Source: an uncultured archaeon (GTDB taxonomy: Archaea; Asgardarchaeota; Lokiarchaeia; Sigyniarchaeales; SOKP01). From it: 42,095 nt of DNA. The DNA lies in contig CAYLZE010000039.1 in assembly GCA_964388035.1 (NCBI GenBank), positions 1 through 42,095 on the forward strand, in the 5' to 3' direction. The notes under the pieces were generated by a model, which was not told the DNA's origin, did not search any database, and saw only the letters and a list, made by a program, of their open reading frames with translations. This document shows positions 1 to 8,730 of this stretch, in pieces. Both the position numbers and the translations under genes were made by a program. The first letter of the stretch is position 1, and every line of letters begins with the position of its first letter.

Positions 1-954
1 AAATGCATTATCACTATCTTTAATCACGTTATTTTTCAAATAATTATAATGTTTCCGGAAATTTGGATTATTTGCAATGTAGGTATTAATAGAGGGCGGT
101 AGATTAAGAAATATGTCTTTTATTGCTTCAGGGGTATAAGTTGCATCTATGGCTATCTTATCGATTTCTGAAGCTTTTGGTAAAGTTGTTCCAAATAATT
201 CATACTCCATGTTAGTTTTACCACTTTTATCAAAATTAAGTTCTAACAAACTAGAATTAAAATCAGTTTTGTATAATGTTTCCGTTCCACCAACTACATT
301 ATCTCCTTTAACACTATTTTCCATGATATAAGGTGTAGGGAATAAGGAAGGAATCACGAATGAGTTAGTTCCGCTCGTAGGAGCTAAATTCATTGAAATA
401 TTATATATATCAGCGCTAGAATGGTAAGCGTTATAATCATTATATGAATAAAACTCATAGAGTTCTTTACTTGCTGTTGAGCTCCAACCTGTTCCGGTAT
501 ATTCATTAAAACATTCATATTTCCACAGTAAATTTTCCATTTTTCTAAAATTATCATAATCATAGACATGAAATACATCCTGATCACTTAATAACAAAGC
601 TAAAATACCCGTTGCCCAGAGCCCTAAATCTAAATTATCAATATTGCCATTAAACATTTCTGAAATCATATTAATTAAATCGTTTAATTGATCTTGAGTA
701 AGATTTAGGTTTTCAAATAATTCTCTGAGCATAGTTTCATTAAATGGGAACGGTGGCATTATTAGTTCTGCTTCTTCATATTCAACATTCGCTAATTCCT
801 CGCTGGGCGTTAACCTTTGAGAACCAAATATCTGGCTAATAATGAATGTAGAAAAAGCAAAGGATGCAATTAAGATTCCAGCAATAATAATAATACTGAA
901 AATTTTATTTCGATTGATGCTGGCTTTTATTAATTGCTTTTCTACTTCTGACAT
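1..954 (-). CDS. Membrane-anchored protein, probably transglutaminase-like family (N-terminal part only, runs off the left edge)
   Basis: Not in the ORF track. Manual translation from the ATG at 954 is open to position 1: MSEVEKQLIKASINRNK, a hydrophobic helix (IFSIIIIAGILIASFAFSTFII), then LLWKYECFNEYTGTGWS (resembles the 'YWR...YxGxxW' segment of TgpA/transglutaminase-domain proteins) and FLNLPP. The catalytic core would lie outside the window. Confidence 0.6.
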   Translation of the reverse strand, partial: MSEVEKQLIKASINRNKIFSIIIIAGILIASFAFSTFIISQIFGSQRLTPSEELANVEYEEAELIMPPFPFNETMLRELFENLNLTQDQLNDLINMISEMFNGNIDNLDLGLWATGILALLLSDQDVFHVYDYDNFRKMENLLWKYECFNEYTGTGWSSTASKELYEFYSYNDYNAYHSSADIYNISMNLAPTSGTNSFVIPSLFPTPYIMENSVKGDNVVGGTETLYKTDFNSSLLELNFDKSGKTNMEYELFGTTLPKASEIDKIAIDATYTPEAIKDIFLNLPPSINTYIANNPNFRKHYNYLKNNVIKDSDNAF

Positions 955-1130
955 TAAAAAAAAAGGTTAAATTTATAATTTTTAACAGATAAAATAATAA
1001 TTAAAATTTAAATATAAAAAATTTTTGCCCAAGCTAAAAAAATCCATTGAATAAAGAATTTTCTTGGATGTTCCAATAAAAAAGAGATGATTATTCAAAA
1101 AACGATTAAAATCTTGGCTTTATAAAAGAG

Positions 1131-2222
1131 TTAACTAAAACAATCCCAATACGGTGCCAAATTTCTTTTCAAGGGTTCAATAACTTTCTGATTTATATGG
1201 GTTAATATATTATTATCAGATATTCGTGATTTTTCTTCGATTAGTTTTTCATCATGTTCATTCAATACTTGTAAACAATTAAAAACAGCTTTTGCTTGTT
1301 TTTCAACTTCATATCCGCCCTCCAAGGTAATAAGAATTCTTCCATTGCAATTTTTATCCGCAAACTTTTTAATTTTTTTAAGATAATTTGCAGGTGCTTG
1401 ATACGTCCATCCCATATTGGTTAACCTATCTGTCCAATGAGTGTCAAAACCAGCAGATATGAGAATAAATTCGGGTTTGAATTCATTTAAAACAGGATCA
1501 ATAATCTCATCAAAAAAAATTTGTATTACATCATCAGCGGCTCTAGGAGGCATCGGATAATTAATTATTTTTCCCTCTCCTTTTCCTTGACCTATTTCAT
1601 TTAAAAAGCCCGTTCCAGGATATAGTGTCCTTCCATCTTGATGAGAATCGAAAAATACTAATTCTCCGCTCTCCGCTCCATTATAAAAGATATCTGATGT
1701 TCCATTTCCCGCATGACAATCCCAATCAATAATAGCCACCTTTTTTAAGTTTTTTTCCTTGAAAAGGTAATTAGCTGCAATAGCAATATTATTAAAAATA
1801 CAAAAACCAGCGCATCTATAAGAATTAGAATGATGGCCGGGAGGTCTTACTAAAGCAAAACAATTTTTAATTTCATTATTTAGGATTTTGTCAATAGCTT
1901 CTAAATTCCCCCCTACACTAAAGAGAGAAGCTTCATAGGTTCTTTCTGATACTAATGTATCTAAATCTAAACTCTGTGGGTGTCCAGTTGTTTTACTCAA
2001 TTCACTAAGTTCTCTAACTTCTCTGATGAGACTTTCCGTGTGAACATATTTAATTTGATCTAATGTTGCTTTTCGAGGTTTTATAAGTTTGAAATCAGGA
2101 TCTTCTAAGACTTGACGCTCCGTTAAAAGTCTCATGATCTCGACCAATCGAAGGTGTGATTCTACATGTGTTCCAATCCGATGTTCAAGATAAATAGGAT
2201 CATAAACAATTCCCGTAATCAT
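1131..2222 (-). CDS. Zn-dependent histone deacetylase family protein (class II/HdaH-AcuC-like)
   Basis: RPPGHH, GFCIFNN, DWDCHAGNGT, YPGTG, SAGFD and LEGGY motifs all intact. Confidence 0.95.
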   Translation of the reverse strand: MITGIVYDPIYLEHRIGTHVESHLRLVEIMRLLTERQVLEDPDFKLIKPRKATLDQIKYVHTESLIREVRELSELSKTTGHPQSLDLDTLVSERTYEASLFSVGGNLEAIDKILNNEIKNCFALVRPPGHHSNSYRCAGFCIFNNIAIAANYLFKEKNLKKVAIIDWDCHAGNGTSDIFYNGAESGELVFFDSHQDGRTLYPGTGFLNEIGQGKGEGKIINYPMPPRAADDVIQIFFDEIIDPVLNEFKPEFILISAGFDTHWTDRLTNMGWTYQAPANYLKKIKKFADKNCNGRILITLEGGYEVEKQAKAVFNCLQVLNEHDEKLIEEKSRISDNNILTHINQKVIEPLKRNLAPYWDCFS

Positions 2223-2383
2223 TACCTTTACCTCTATCTAAATTTTATATTGTACTACTAACAAATATGGATATTACCTTATATATAAAATATTGTTTTT
2301 TAAGGTATATTAATAGATTTTTTTTATAAATTCTTTACTTTACTAAATTATGAATTTACTCATTTTGAACATTTTGTATTGTA

Positions 2384-3382
2384 TCAGAATTCGGGAAAGT
2401 CTCCCATTTTAATTAAAATTTTAACAAAATCTCTTTCACCGGGTTTTAAATATTGATTAAACCCATCTTGAACATCTTTTAAGGAAATGACTTTAGATAT
2501 CAATTTGTCGGGTGATACATTTCCTTCCTTAAATAGTTCAATCGCCGAAAGAACATCTTCGTGTTCATGGGAAATTACTCCTTGCAAATTTATTTCTTTT
2601 GAATTAAACATGAATATTGGAACGGAAACATTTCCTTTAAATACGGATTCAAGGACTAAAGTGCCTCCTTTCTTTATCAGGTTAATCGCAGTACCTATCG
2701 TTTTTTCATTCGTGGCGCAGAGGAAGATATAAGTTGGTTCACCATTTTTTTTTATAAAGGTCTTGATTTTACTCATTGTAGGAGGGAAGGCTTCATTAGC
2801 TCCCAATTCTATTGCTTTTTTCCTTAAAAATTCATGTGGTTCAACAACTGCGATATATTCTGGAGACATTCGGCAACTTAAGGTATTTAAAGTTGTTAAT
2901 CCGATATTACCTCCACCTATAACGAGGATCCTCTCATTCTTACTTATTTTAGAGAGTTTAATTGATCGTACCGCTACAGCATATGATTCAATGAGAGTAC
3001 ATTCTTTAAGTGAAACATTTTGTGGAACATGAAAGAGAAAATCATTAGGCACTTTTACATATTCTGCAAATGCGCCATCCGTCATTATACCCAGAGCTGG
3101 GGTATCTCCATATCCTTTTTCACTTACTATGTTTATCCCAGTTACCCGATCTCCCACATTGAATTTCGTTATATTTGCTCCTATTTCAATAACTTCTCCC
3201 GAAAATTCATGCCCCATGATTAATGGAACTTGGTACATTTTATATTTAAAATTAGATACATCACTTCCACAGATTCCAGCATAATGAACCTTTACAATAA
3301 CATCTTCTGGACCAGGAACAGGTTCGGGATAATTTTCTTTATAGACTATTTTTTCTATATCTTCAAATACAGCAGCTCTCAT
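2384..3382 (-). CDS. Zn-dependent medium-chain alcohol/polyol dehydrogenase (MDR)
   Basis: GICGSD, GHE, GDRV, GAFAEY and Rossmann GGGNIG motifs. The four-Cys structural Zn lobe is absent. Confidence 0.92.
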   Translation of the reverse strand: MRAAVFEDIEKIVYKENYPEPVPGPEDVIVKVHYAGICGSDVSNFKYKMYQVPLIMGHEFSGEVIEIGANITKFNVGDRVTGINIVSEKGYGDTPALGIMTDGAFAEYVKVPNDFLFHVPQNVSLKECTLIESYAVAVRSIKLSKISKNERILVIGGGNIGLTTLNTLSCRMSPEYIAVVEPHEFLRKKAIELGANEAFPPTMSKIKTFIKKNGEPTYIFLCATNEKTIGTAINLIKKGGTLVLESVFKGNVSVPIFMFNSKEINLQGVISHEHEDVLSAIELFKEGNVSPDKLISKVISLKDVQDGFNQYLKPGERDFVKILIKMGDFPEF

Positions 3383-3545
3383 TTAAAATGCCATGGTTCA
3401 AATATTTATTCATTTCAATCTGATATATATAAATTATAATTTTATTTAAAAATAATAAAATTTATTGGATTTTTTTTTCTTTCCAATTTAAATTAAATTC
3501 TTCTTAATAAATTAAGGAAATGAATTAACTTTTTAGATTAGCTGC

Positions 3546-5405
3546 ATGATTAATCAAGATTATTTTGGATTCATGGGTACTCTTCTTTCAATAAATCTCT
3601 CAAATAAGAAAATCTCTCTTGAAAAAACCGATAAAAAGATATCTCATAATTTTATGGGTGGTGCGGGGTATGCTTCTTATTATTTATACAACGAATTATC
3701 TAGAGAGATAAATCCTCTTTCACCAGATAATATTCTTATGATAATGACAGGGCCCCTATGTTTAACAGGAGCACCCTCATTCTCGAGGTTTGCAATCTGT
3801 TCTAAATCGCCTTATACAGAATTATGGGGGGAAGCGAATGCGGGTGGTTCTTTCGGACCTGAGTTAAAAAAAGCGGGTTATGATGGTATTATAATTAGAG
3901 GTAAATCGGAACATCCCGTTTTCATTAAAATTAATAATGGGGATGTGGAAATTCTAAATGCTTCAGAAATTTGGGGTATAGGAACAAAAAAAACGCATGC
4001 TTATCTTAAAAATTCCATGAATAGTAATAATTCAAGAGTTCTTTGCATCGGTCAGGCGGGAGAGAATTTAGTGCTTTTTGCAAATATCCATACCGAGGGG
4101 AGGGCCGCAGGTAGGACAGGTATGGGTGCAATTATGGGCTCTAAAAACTTAAAAGGTATCGTTGTCAAAGGGGATGCTCACAAACCTAAAATCGCTCAAG
4201 TAGAGGAATTTAATGAAATTTCTAAAAAAACCTTAAAATTCATCCTTGATACGCAAACTACGAAAGTATTAAGAAAAGTGGGTACTAGTTCTGGAGTATC
4301 CAGTTTCCACGAAACAGGAGATTTGCCTATTAAATATTGGTCAATTGGAAAATGGGAGGATCATGTGAAAATAACGGGTGAAAAATTACATGAAATTTAT
4401 CCGTTAAAAAATAAATCTTGCTACGGATGCCCAATAGCATGCGGAAAAGTTGTTGAAAATGCAAAAGCGGATGAATTTGAAGGAATATTTGAGGCACCTG
4501 AATATGAAACGATTGCAGGATTTGGCTCCATGATTTTAAATAGTAATCTAAAATCAATTGGAATCGCCAATTATTTGTGTAATGATTATGGGTTGGACAC
4601 GATAAGTACAAGTAGTATAATAGCTTTTCTCTATAACCTCTTCAATCAAGGAAAAATATTAAGTAGCGATGTGGAAGGATTGGATTTGTCGTGGGGTAAT
4701 TATGATTCAATGTTAAAATTAATCAAAAAAATTGCTTTTAAAAAAGGGATTGGGAAACTATTAGCTCAAGGTTCGAATTTTACAGGAGAAAAATTCAATA
4801 TTTCTTCGAGTAAAATTGCAACTGTAAATAAATTAGAAGTCCCTTACCATGATATCCGGGCTTGCTATGGACTCGCCTTGACTTATGCATTTGGACCAAG
4901 AGGAGCATGTCATACTACGGGTGATGTATTTAAGGTTTCTAAAATTGGTCATGAAATCGATTATTCTTCTTTAGGTTTGGAAAAAATGGATTTATGCCTT
5001 AATGATGAACGCACCGCGAAATCTGCTGCACTCGTGCACGATTATCGAGCCTTATATTCCAGTCTAATCTGTTGTTTCTTTTCAAATCCTCCCCCTTCAT
5101 ACATGGCTGATCTAATAAAGAATTTATTGGGATGGAATAAATTTAAAACAATAGATATGATGAGAATTGGAGAACGAATTTTTACAATGAAAAGATTATT
5201 CAATATTAAAATGGGATTAACCTCCCAAAATGATACAATCCCGCAAATTTTACTCACTCCAACAAAAGAAGGAGCGGTAAAAGGGAAAGCACCTGATTTT
5301 GAGAAATTAAAACAATATTACTATCAGATAAGGGATTGGGATCCCATTTCAGGAAGACCTAACATTAAAAAACTCATTGAATTGGGTTTGGAAGAATTTA
5401 TTTAA
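3546..5405 (+). CDS. aor: Tungsten-dependent aldehyde:ferredoxin oxidoreductase family protein
   Basis: KSPYT, GRTGMGAIMGSKNLK, CYGCPIAC, EYET, GLDTIS and RGACH motifs. Confidence 0.95.
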   Translation: MINQDYFGFMGTLLSINLSNKKISLEKTDKKISHNFMGGAGYASYYLYNELSREINPLSPDNILMIMTGPLCLTGAPSFSRFAICSKSPYTELWGEANAGGSFGPELKKAGYDGIIIRGKSEHPVFIKINNGDVEILNASEIWGIGTKKTHAYLKNSMNSNNSRVLCIGQAGENLVLFANIHTEGRAAGRTGMGAIMGSKNLKGIVVKGDAHKPKIAQVEEFNEISKKTLKFILDTQTTKVLRKVGTSSGVSSFHETGDLPIKYWSIGKWEDHVKITGEKLHEIYPLKNKSCYGCPIACGKVVENAKADEFEGIFEAPEYETIAGFGSMILNSNLKSIGIANYLCNDYGLDTISTSSIIAFLYNLFNQGKILSSDVEGLDLSWGNYDSMLKLIKKIAFKKGIGKLLAQGSNFTGEKFNISSSKIATVNKLEVPYHDIRACYGLALTYAFGPRGACHTTGDVFKVSKIGHEIDYSSLGLEKMDLCLNDERTAKSAALVHDYRALYSSLICCFFSNPPPSYMADLIKNLLGWNKFKTIDMMRIGERIFTMKRLFNIKMGLTSQNDTIPQILLTPTKEGAVKGKAPDFEKLKQYYYQIRDWDPISGRPNIKKLIELGLEEFI

Positions 5406-5474
5406 TTATTTTTGATCCTTATGATGAAATATATTAAGAAATCGTGATTAGGTTAAAATAATACAAATTAAAAA

Positions 5475-6191
5475 TTGATCGATAAGATGATTACAAAAAG
5501 AGAAGAAGAGCATATTGTAGGAGGAGGAAAGATTCGAAGCATCATTCTGGGGCTAAATGATGGATTGATTTCTACCTTTACACTCCTCGTGGGTGTAGCT
5601 GTGGCCACTATCGAAGCTACGGGAGGTTCTTCAATTGTTATATTAACTGGAATTGCTGCTATGGTTTCTGGGGCAATCTCTATGGGTTTAGGGGAATATA
5701 TATCGTCTAAATCGGAATTTAGGTATATTAAATATGAAATGAAAAAGGAAAAAGCAGAAATTGAGTTATTTCCCGAAGAGGAGAAAGAGGAAGTTAGAGA
5801 AATATTTAAAAATATGGGATTCCAAGGAGATCTTCTTGATTCTAGCGTGAATATGATTACTTCTGATAAAAAAGTATGGCTTGATTTCTTGATTAAAAGT
5901 GAATTGGGATTAGAAGAACCTGAAAATCCTGCATTAGGTGCTTCTTTAACCTTTTTTTCATTCGTAATCGGTGCGTTAATACCTTTATCTCCCTATTTCT
6001 TGAATTTAGGATTCGTTTCATTGGTTATATCCTCGGTAATCTCGTTTTCTATGTTATTAATTGCGGGGGGATTAAAAACAAAAATTACTGGTGAATCTGT
6101 TCTAAAAGGGGCTTTAGAAATGCTTTTAATTGGAACAATTGCTTTTATAGCTTCATTTACTATTGGGATCTTTTTAGAACCAGAAATATAA
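5475..6191 (+). CDS. VIT1/CCC1 family Fe2+/Mn2+ transporter
   Basis: GLNDGL, SMGLGEYIS, acidic cytosolic loop and five hydrophobic helices. The start may be the ATG at 5487. Confidence 0.93.
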   Translation: MIDKMITKREEEHIVGGGKIRSIILGLNDGLISTFTLLVGVAVATIEATGGSSIVILTGIAAMVSGAISMGLGEYISSKSEFRYIKYEMKKEKAEIELFPEEEKEEVREIFKNMGFQGDLLDSSVNMITSDKKVWLDFLIKSELGLEEPENPALGASLTFFSFVIGALIPLSPYFLNLGFVSLVISSVISFSMLLIAGGLKTKITGESVLKGALEMLLIGTIAFIASFTIGIFLEPEI

Positions 6192-6229
6192 AAAAACCTT
6201 GCTATCTCTTTAGATATTCTTCTTAAATC

Positions 6230-7081
6230 TTAAATGGGCATTACTTCAACCTTTCCCGATTTTTGTATCACACCCACAACCGCAGATCCATGTTTTGAGT
6301 AGGATTTTGAAGAAAAAATACTTATTAATTTATCATCAAAAAATGTCTTAAATCCATTTCTAAATTTTTCATGAGACCTTATGATATATTTTATTGAATT
6401 TTGAGAAATAAAATCTTCAAAAGCTTCTTTTCCAAAATGCATTGTACCTGGCCCTCGATTATTCCCTCGAAATTTCTTTATTCGCGCATGAGGATCGTTC
6501 CAAAGAAGCTGTTTTGTTATTGGATTTTTAATACATTTTTGGACTGTAGGAAGCGAATTAATTGAATTTATATCTTCTAAACCTTCGGGGACTCCCCCAT
6601 GCACGCAAAAAATCCTGTTCCAGGTGAGAGCTGCTAAAGGGAGTTTAGAAAAAGCACCATTATAACGTTTAAACATCTCTCGGTAATTAATTTTAAATTT
6701 TAAGCGTAATTCATCAAAAAAGCCATATACCTGATTTATAAAGGGATCTTCATGATTGCCGCGTATCAGAATGATTCGATTTGGAAATTTGGCTTTGTAG
6801 AAAAACAAATAGGATACTACTTCAACTTGTTTGGCCCCTCGATCAACATAATCCCCTAAAAATAATAGATAATCGAAATTTTCTTGAAAAAACTTGGTAA
6901 TGATTTTATATAAAGTAGTTAGATCTCCATGCAAATCCCCTACAACTAAAATTTTACCCTTCGGAATGAAAATTAAATTCTTTTCTTTTTCTAAAATTCC
7001 CTCTACATTATTTATTAAATGGAGATAATCCTGCGGGATGTAATGTTCTAATATTTCAGAAAAAGATTCCCAGTTTGACAT
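6230..7081 (-). CDS. PPP-family Ser/Thr protein phosphatase (eukaryote-like)
   Basis: GDLHG, GDYVDRG, RGNHE, HGG, LLWNDP, IIRSHE and ISIFS motifs. Confidence 0.95.
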   Translation of the reverse strand: MSNWESFSEILEHYIPQDYLHLINNVEGILEKEKNLIFIPKGKILVVGDLHGDLTTLYKIITKFFQENFDYLLFLGDYVDRGAKQVEVVSYLFFYKAKFPNRIILIRGNHEDPFINQVYGFFDELRLKFKINYREMFKRYNGAFSKLPLAALTWNRIFCVHGGVPEGLEDINSINSLPTVQKCIKNPITKQLLWNDPHARIKKFRGNNRGPGTMHFGKEAFEDFISQNSIKYIIRSHEKFRNGFKTFFDDKLISIFSSKSYSKHGSAVVGVIQKSGKVEVMPI

Positions 7082-7186
7082 GTTCTATTACTTTTTAATG
7101 TTAAGAAATAAATAAAATTATTTGAATGATTATAATCTTTAATTTACTTTATAAGATGGTTTAATTATAAGAGATTAAATTCCCCA

Positions 7187-7981
7187 TTGAGTGCTACTAA
7201 TATTTCTATACTTGAAAAAACCTTTAATTGGTTAATTATTGATGACCTCTCCAAGGATCAAGTGAAATTGATATCAAATAAACTGAAATCTCCTCTGGAT
7301 GAGAATTTTCTTTTTAAATGCACATGGAGCCATCATAAAAAATGCACCGTATACTCTTTCAATGATAATCCTTTACTTTTTTTAAAATATGTACGAGATA
7401 ATTTCTTTCAAGAACTTTTAGGATTACATCTTACTACTGAAATATTTGATCGGGAGCTAGGTTTTTCAAAATATATCGCGGGATTATTAAATAAAAGTAA
7501 ACCAATTCCTTATATCTTGACTACTTACGAAGAAGGTGAGGATATCGGAAATTATGAAATTGATGAATTTGAATTTGCTTTGGGGCGTCAATGTTATTTA
7601 CATGAAATTCTATGTTTATATGATGTCTTTGATCGACATTTAATTGTAAGGAATGAAAATTTGATATTTAGAATAGATTTCGGACGTTCTTTCGAAAATG
7701 TACATAAAAAATATTTAGGTTTCTCAGATTATTTACACATAAAAAAGTTATCTTCATCAAACACGGATTTTCAAAGCGGTTATAGCTTTGAAAAAAAAAA
7801 AATTATAAACAATATATTAGCTAAGAAAAGATCCTTTTTTTCTTTAATGAGAGAGATTAAAAAACTTGAAACCGATTATAAACTGATCTATATTGATATT
7901 AACCAATTCTATACCCGGTTGATAGATTATTGGAATGAAATCGGTTTTTTAAAAGATGCAGATCTTACTGAAATCAAATGA
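7187..7981 (+). CDS. Putative atypical kinase-fold protein (PI3K/HipA-like)
   Basis: LFLK67, E76, catalytic-loop-like LYD146VFDRH151 and IFRID164FG. The D146-D164 spacing of 18 matches the catalytic Asp to DFG spacing of kinases. Confidence 0.65.
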   Translation: MSATNISILEKTFNWLIIDDLSKDQVKLISNKLKSPLDENFLFKCTWSHHKKCTVYSFNDNPLLFLKYVRDNFFQELLGLHLTTEIFDRELGFSKYIAGLLNKSKPIPYILTTYEEGEDIGNYEIDEFEFALGRQCYLHEILCLYDVFDRHLIVRNENLIFRIDFGRSFENVHKKYLGFSDYLHIKKLSSSNTDFQSGYSFEKKKIINNILAKKRSFFSLMREIKKLETDYKLIYIDINQFYTRLIDYWNEIGFLKDADLTEIK

Positions 7982-7994
7982 AATTCGATGCACA

Positions 7995-8561
7995 TCACAT
8001 TTTCTTGAAAAAAAATTGATCATGATCGCAAATCGGACATTTTTTAGGAGGTTTTTGAAATTCTACATTTCCACATATTTGGCAAACATATAAATCTTCC
8101 TCCAATATTGATTTATTTTTCTCCAGTATCTTTAAGTACTTTTTAAAGATTTTGGCATGAATATACTCTGCTTTTTTAGCTAATTCAAAAGATAATTCAG
8201 CGACATTCCTATTTTCTACCCTTGAATTATTAATAAATTCTTTGTACATTATTTTTGTCTCATAAATTTCTCCTTTTATTGCATCTTGAAGATTTTCTTT
8301 GGTTGTTTTTACTTTTTTCATGATCTCATCTTCGTTAATAGATACAAATTCATCTAATTGGGATTCTTTTCCCGTTAGAACGGATAAAGCTTTTAAGTGA
8401 TTCTTTATGTGAATACTTTCGGCGTGAGAAATTGCAAAAAAGACTCTACTTAGGAATGGATGACCTTCTTCTTGAGCTTTTTTACCAAAAAGTTCATACT
8501 TTTTTTTTGCTTCACTTTCGCCTTGAAGTGCCGCCCTTAAATTTTTTTCTGTTTCTGGCAT
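7995..8561 (-). CDS. Rubrerythrin
   Basis: Di-iron ligands (GESEA, AESIH, GEIYE, AEYIH) and a C-terminal rubredoxin domain CQICG...CPICD. Confidence 0.93.
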   Translation of the reverse strand: MPETEKNLRAALQGESEAKKKYELFGKKAQEEGHPFLSRVFFAISHAESIHIKNHLKALSVLTGKESQLDEFVSINEDEIMKKVKTTKENLQDAIKGEIYETKIMYKEFINNSRVENRNVAELSFELAKKAEYIHAKIFKKYLKILEKNKSILEEDLYVCQICGNVEFQKPPKKCPICDHDQFFFKKM

Positions 8562-8730
8562 TTTGCTATTTTAAATAAAATGTTATATTATATAGATTCT
8601 TTTATTTTGAATTTTATTTCAATTTTTTTATTATTAAAAACAATTTGGGACGTGATAAAGAGTAATTAAAAATAAAAAAGGAAAACTGAATCGTAGATCT
8701 GTTTAAAAGTCAGAAAATATATTAAAAAAT

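Noticed and set aside
149-587. Short ORFs 149-331 (+) and 390-587 (-)
   Set aside because: Shadows of the longer minus-strand ORF 954 to <1.
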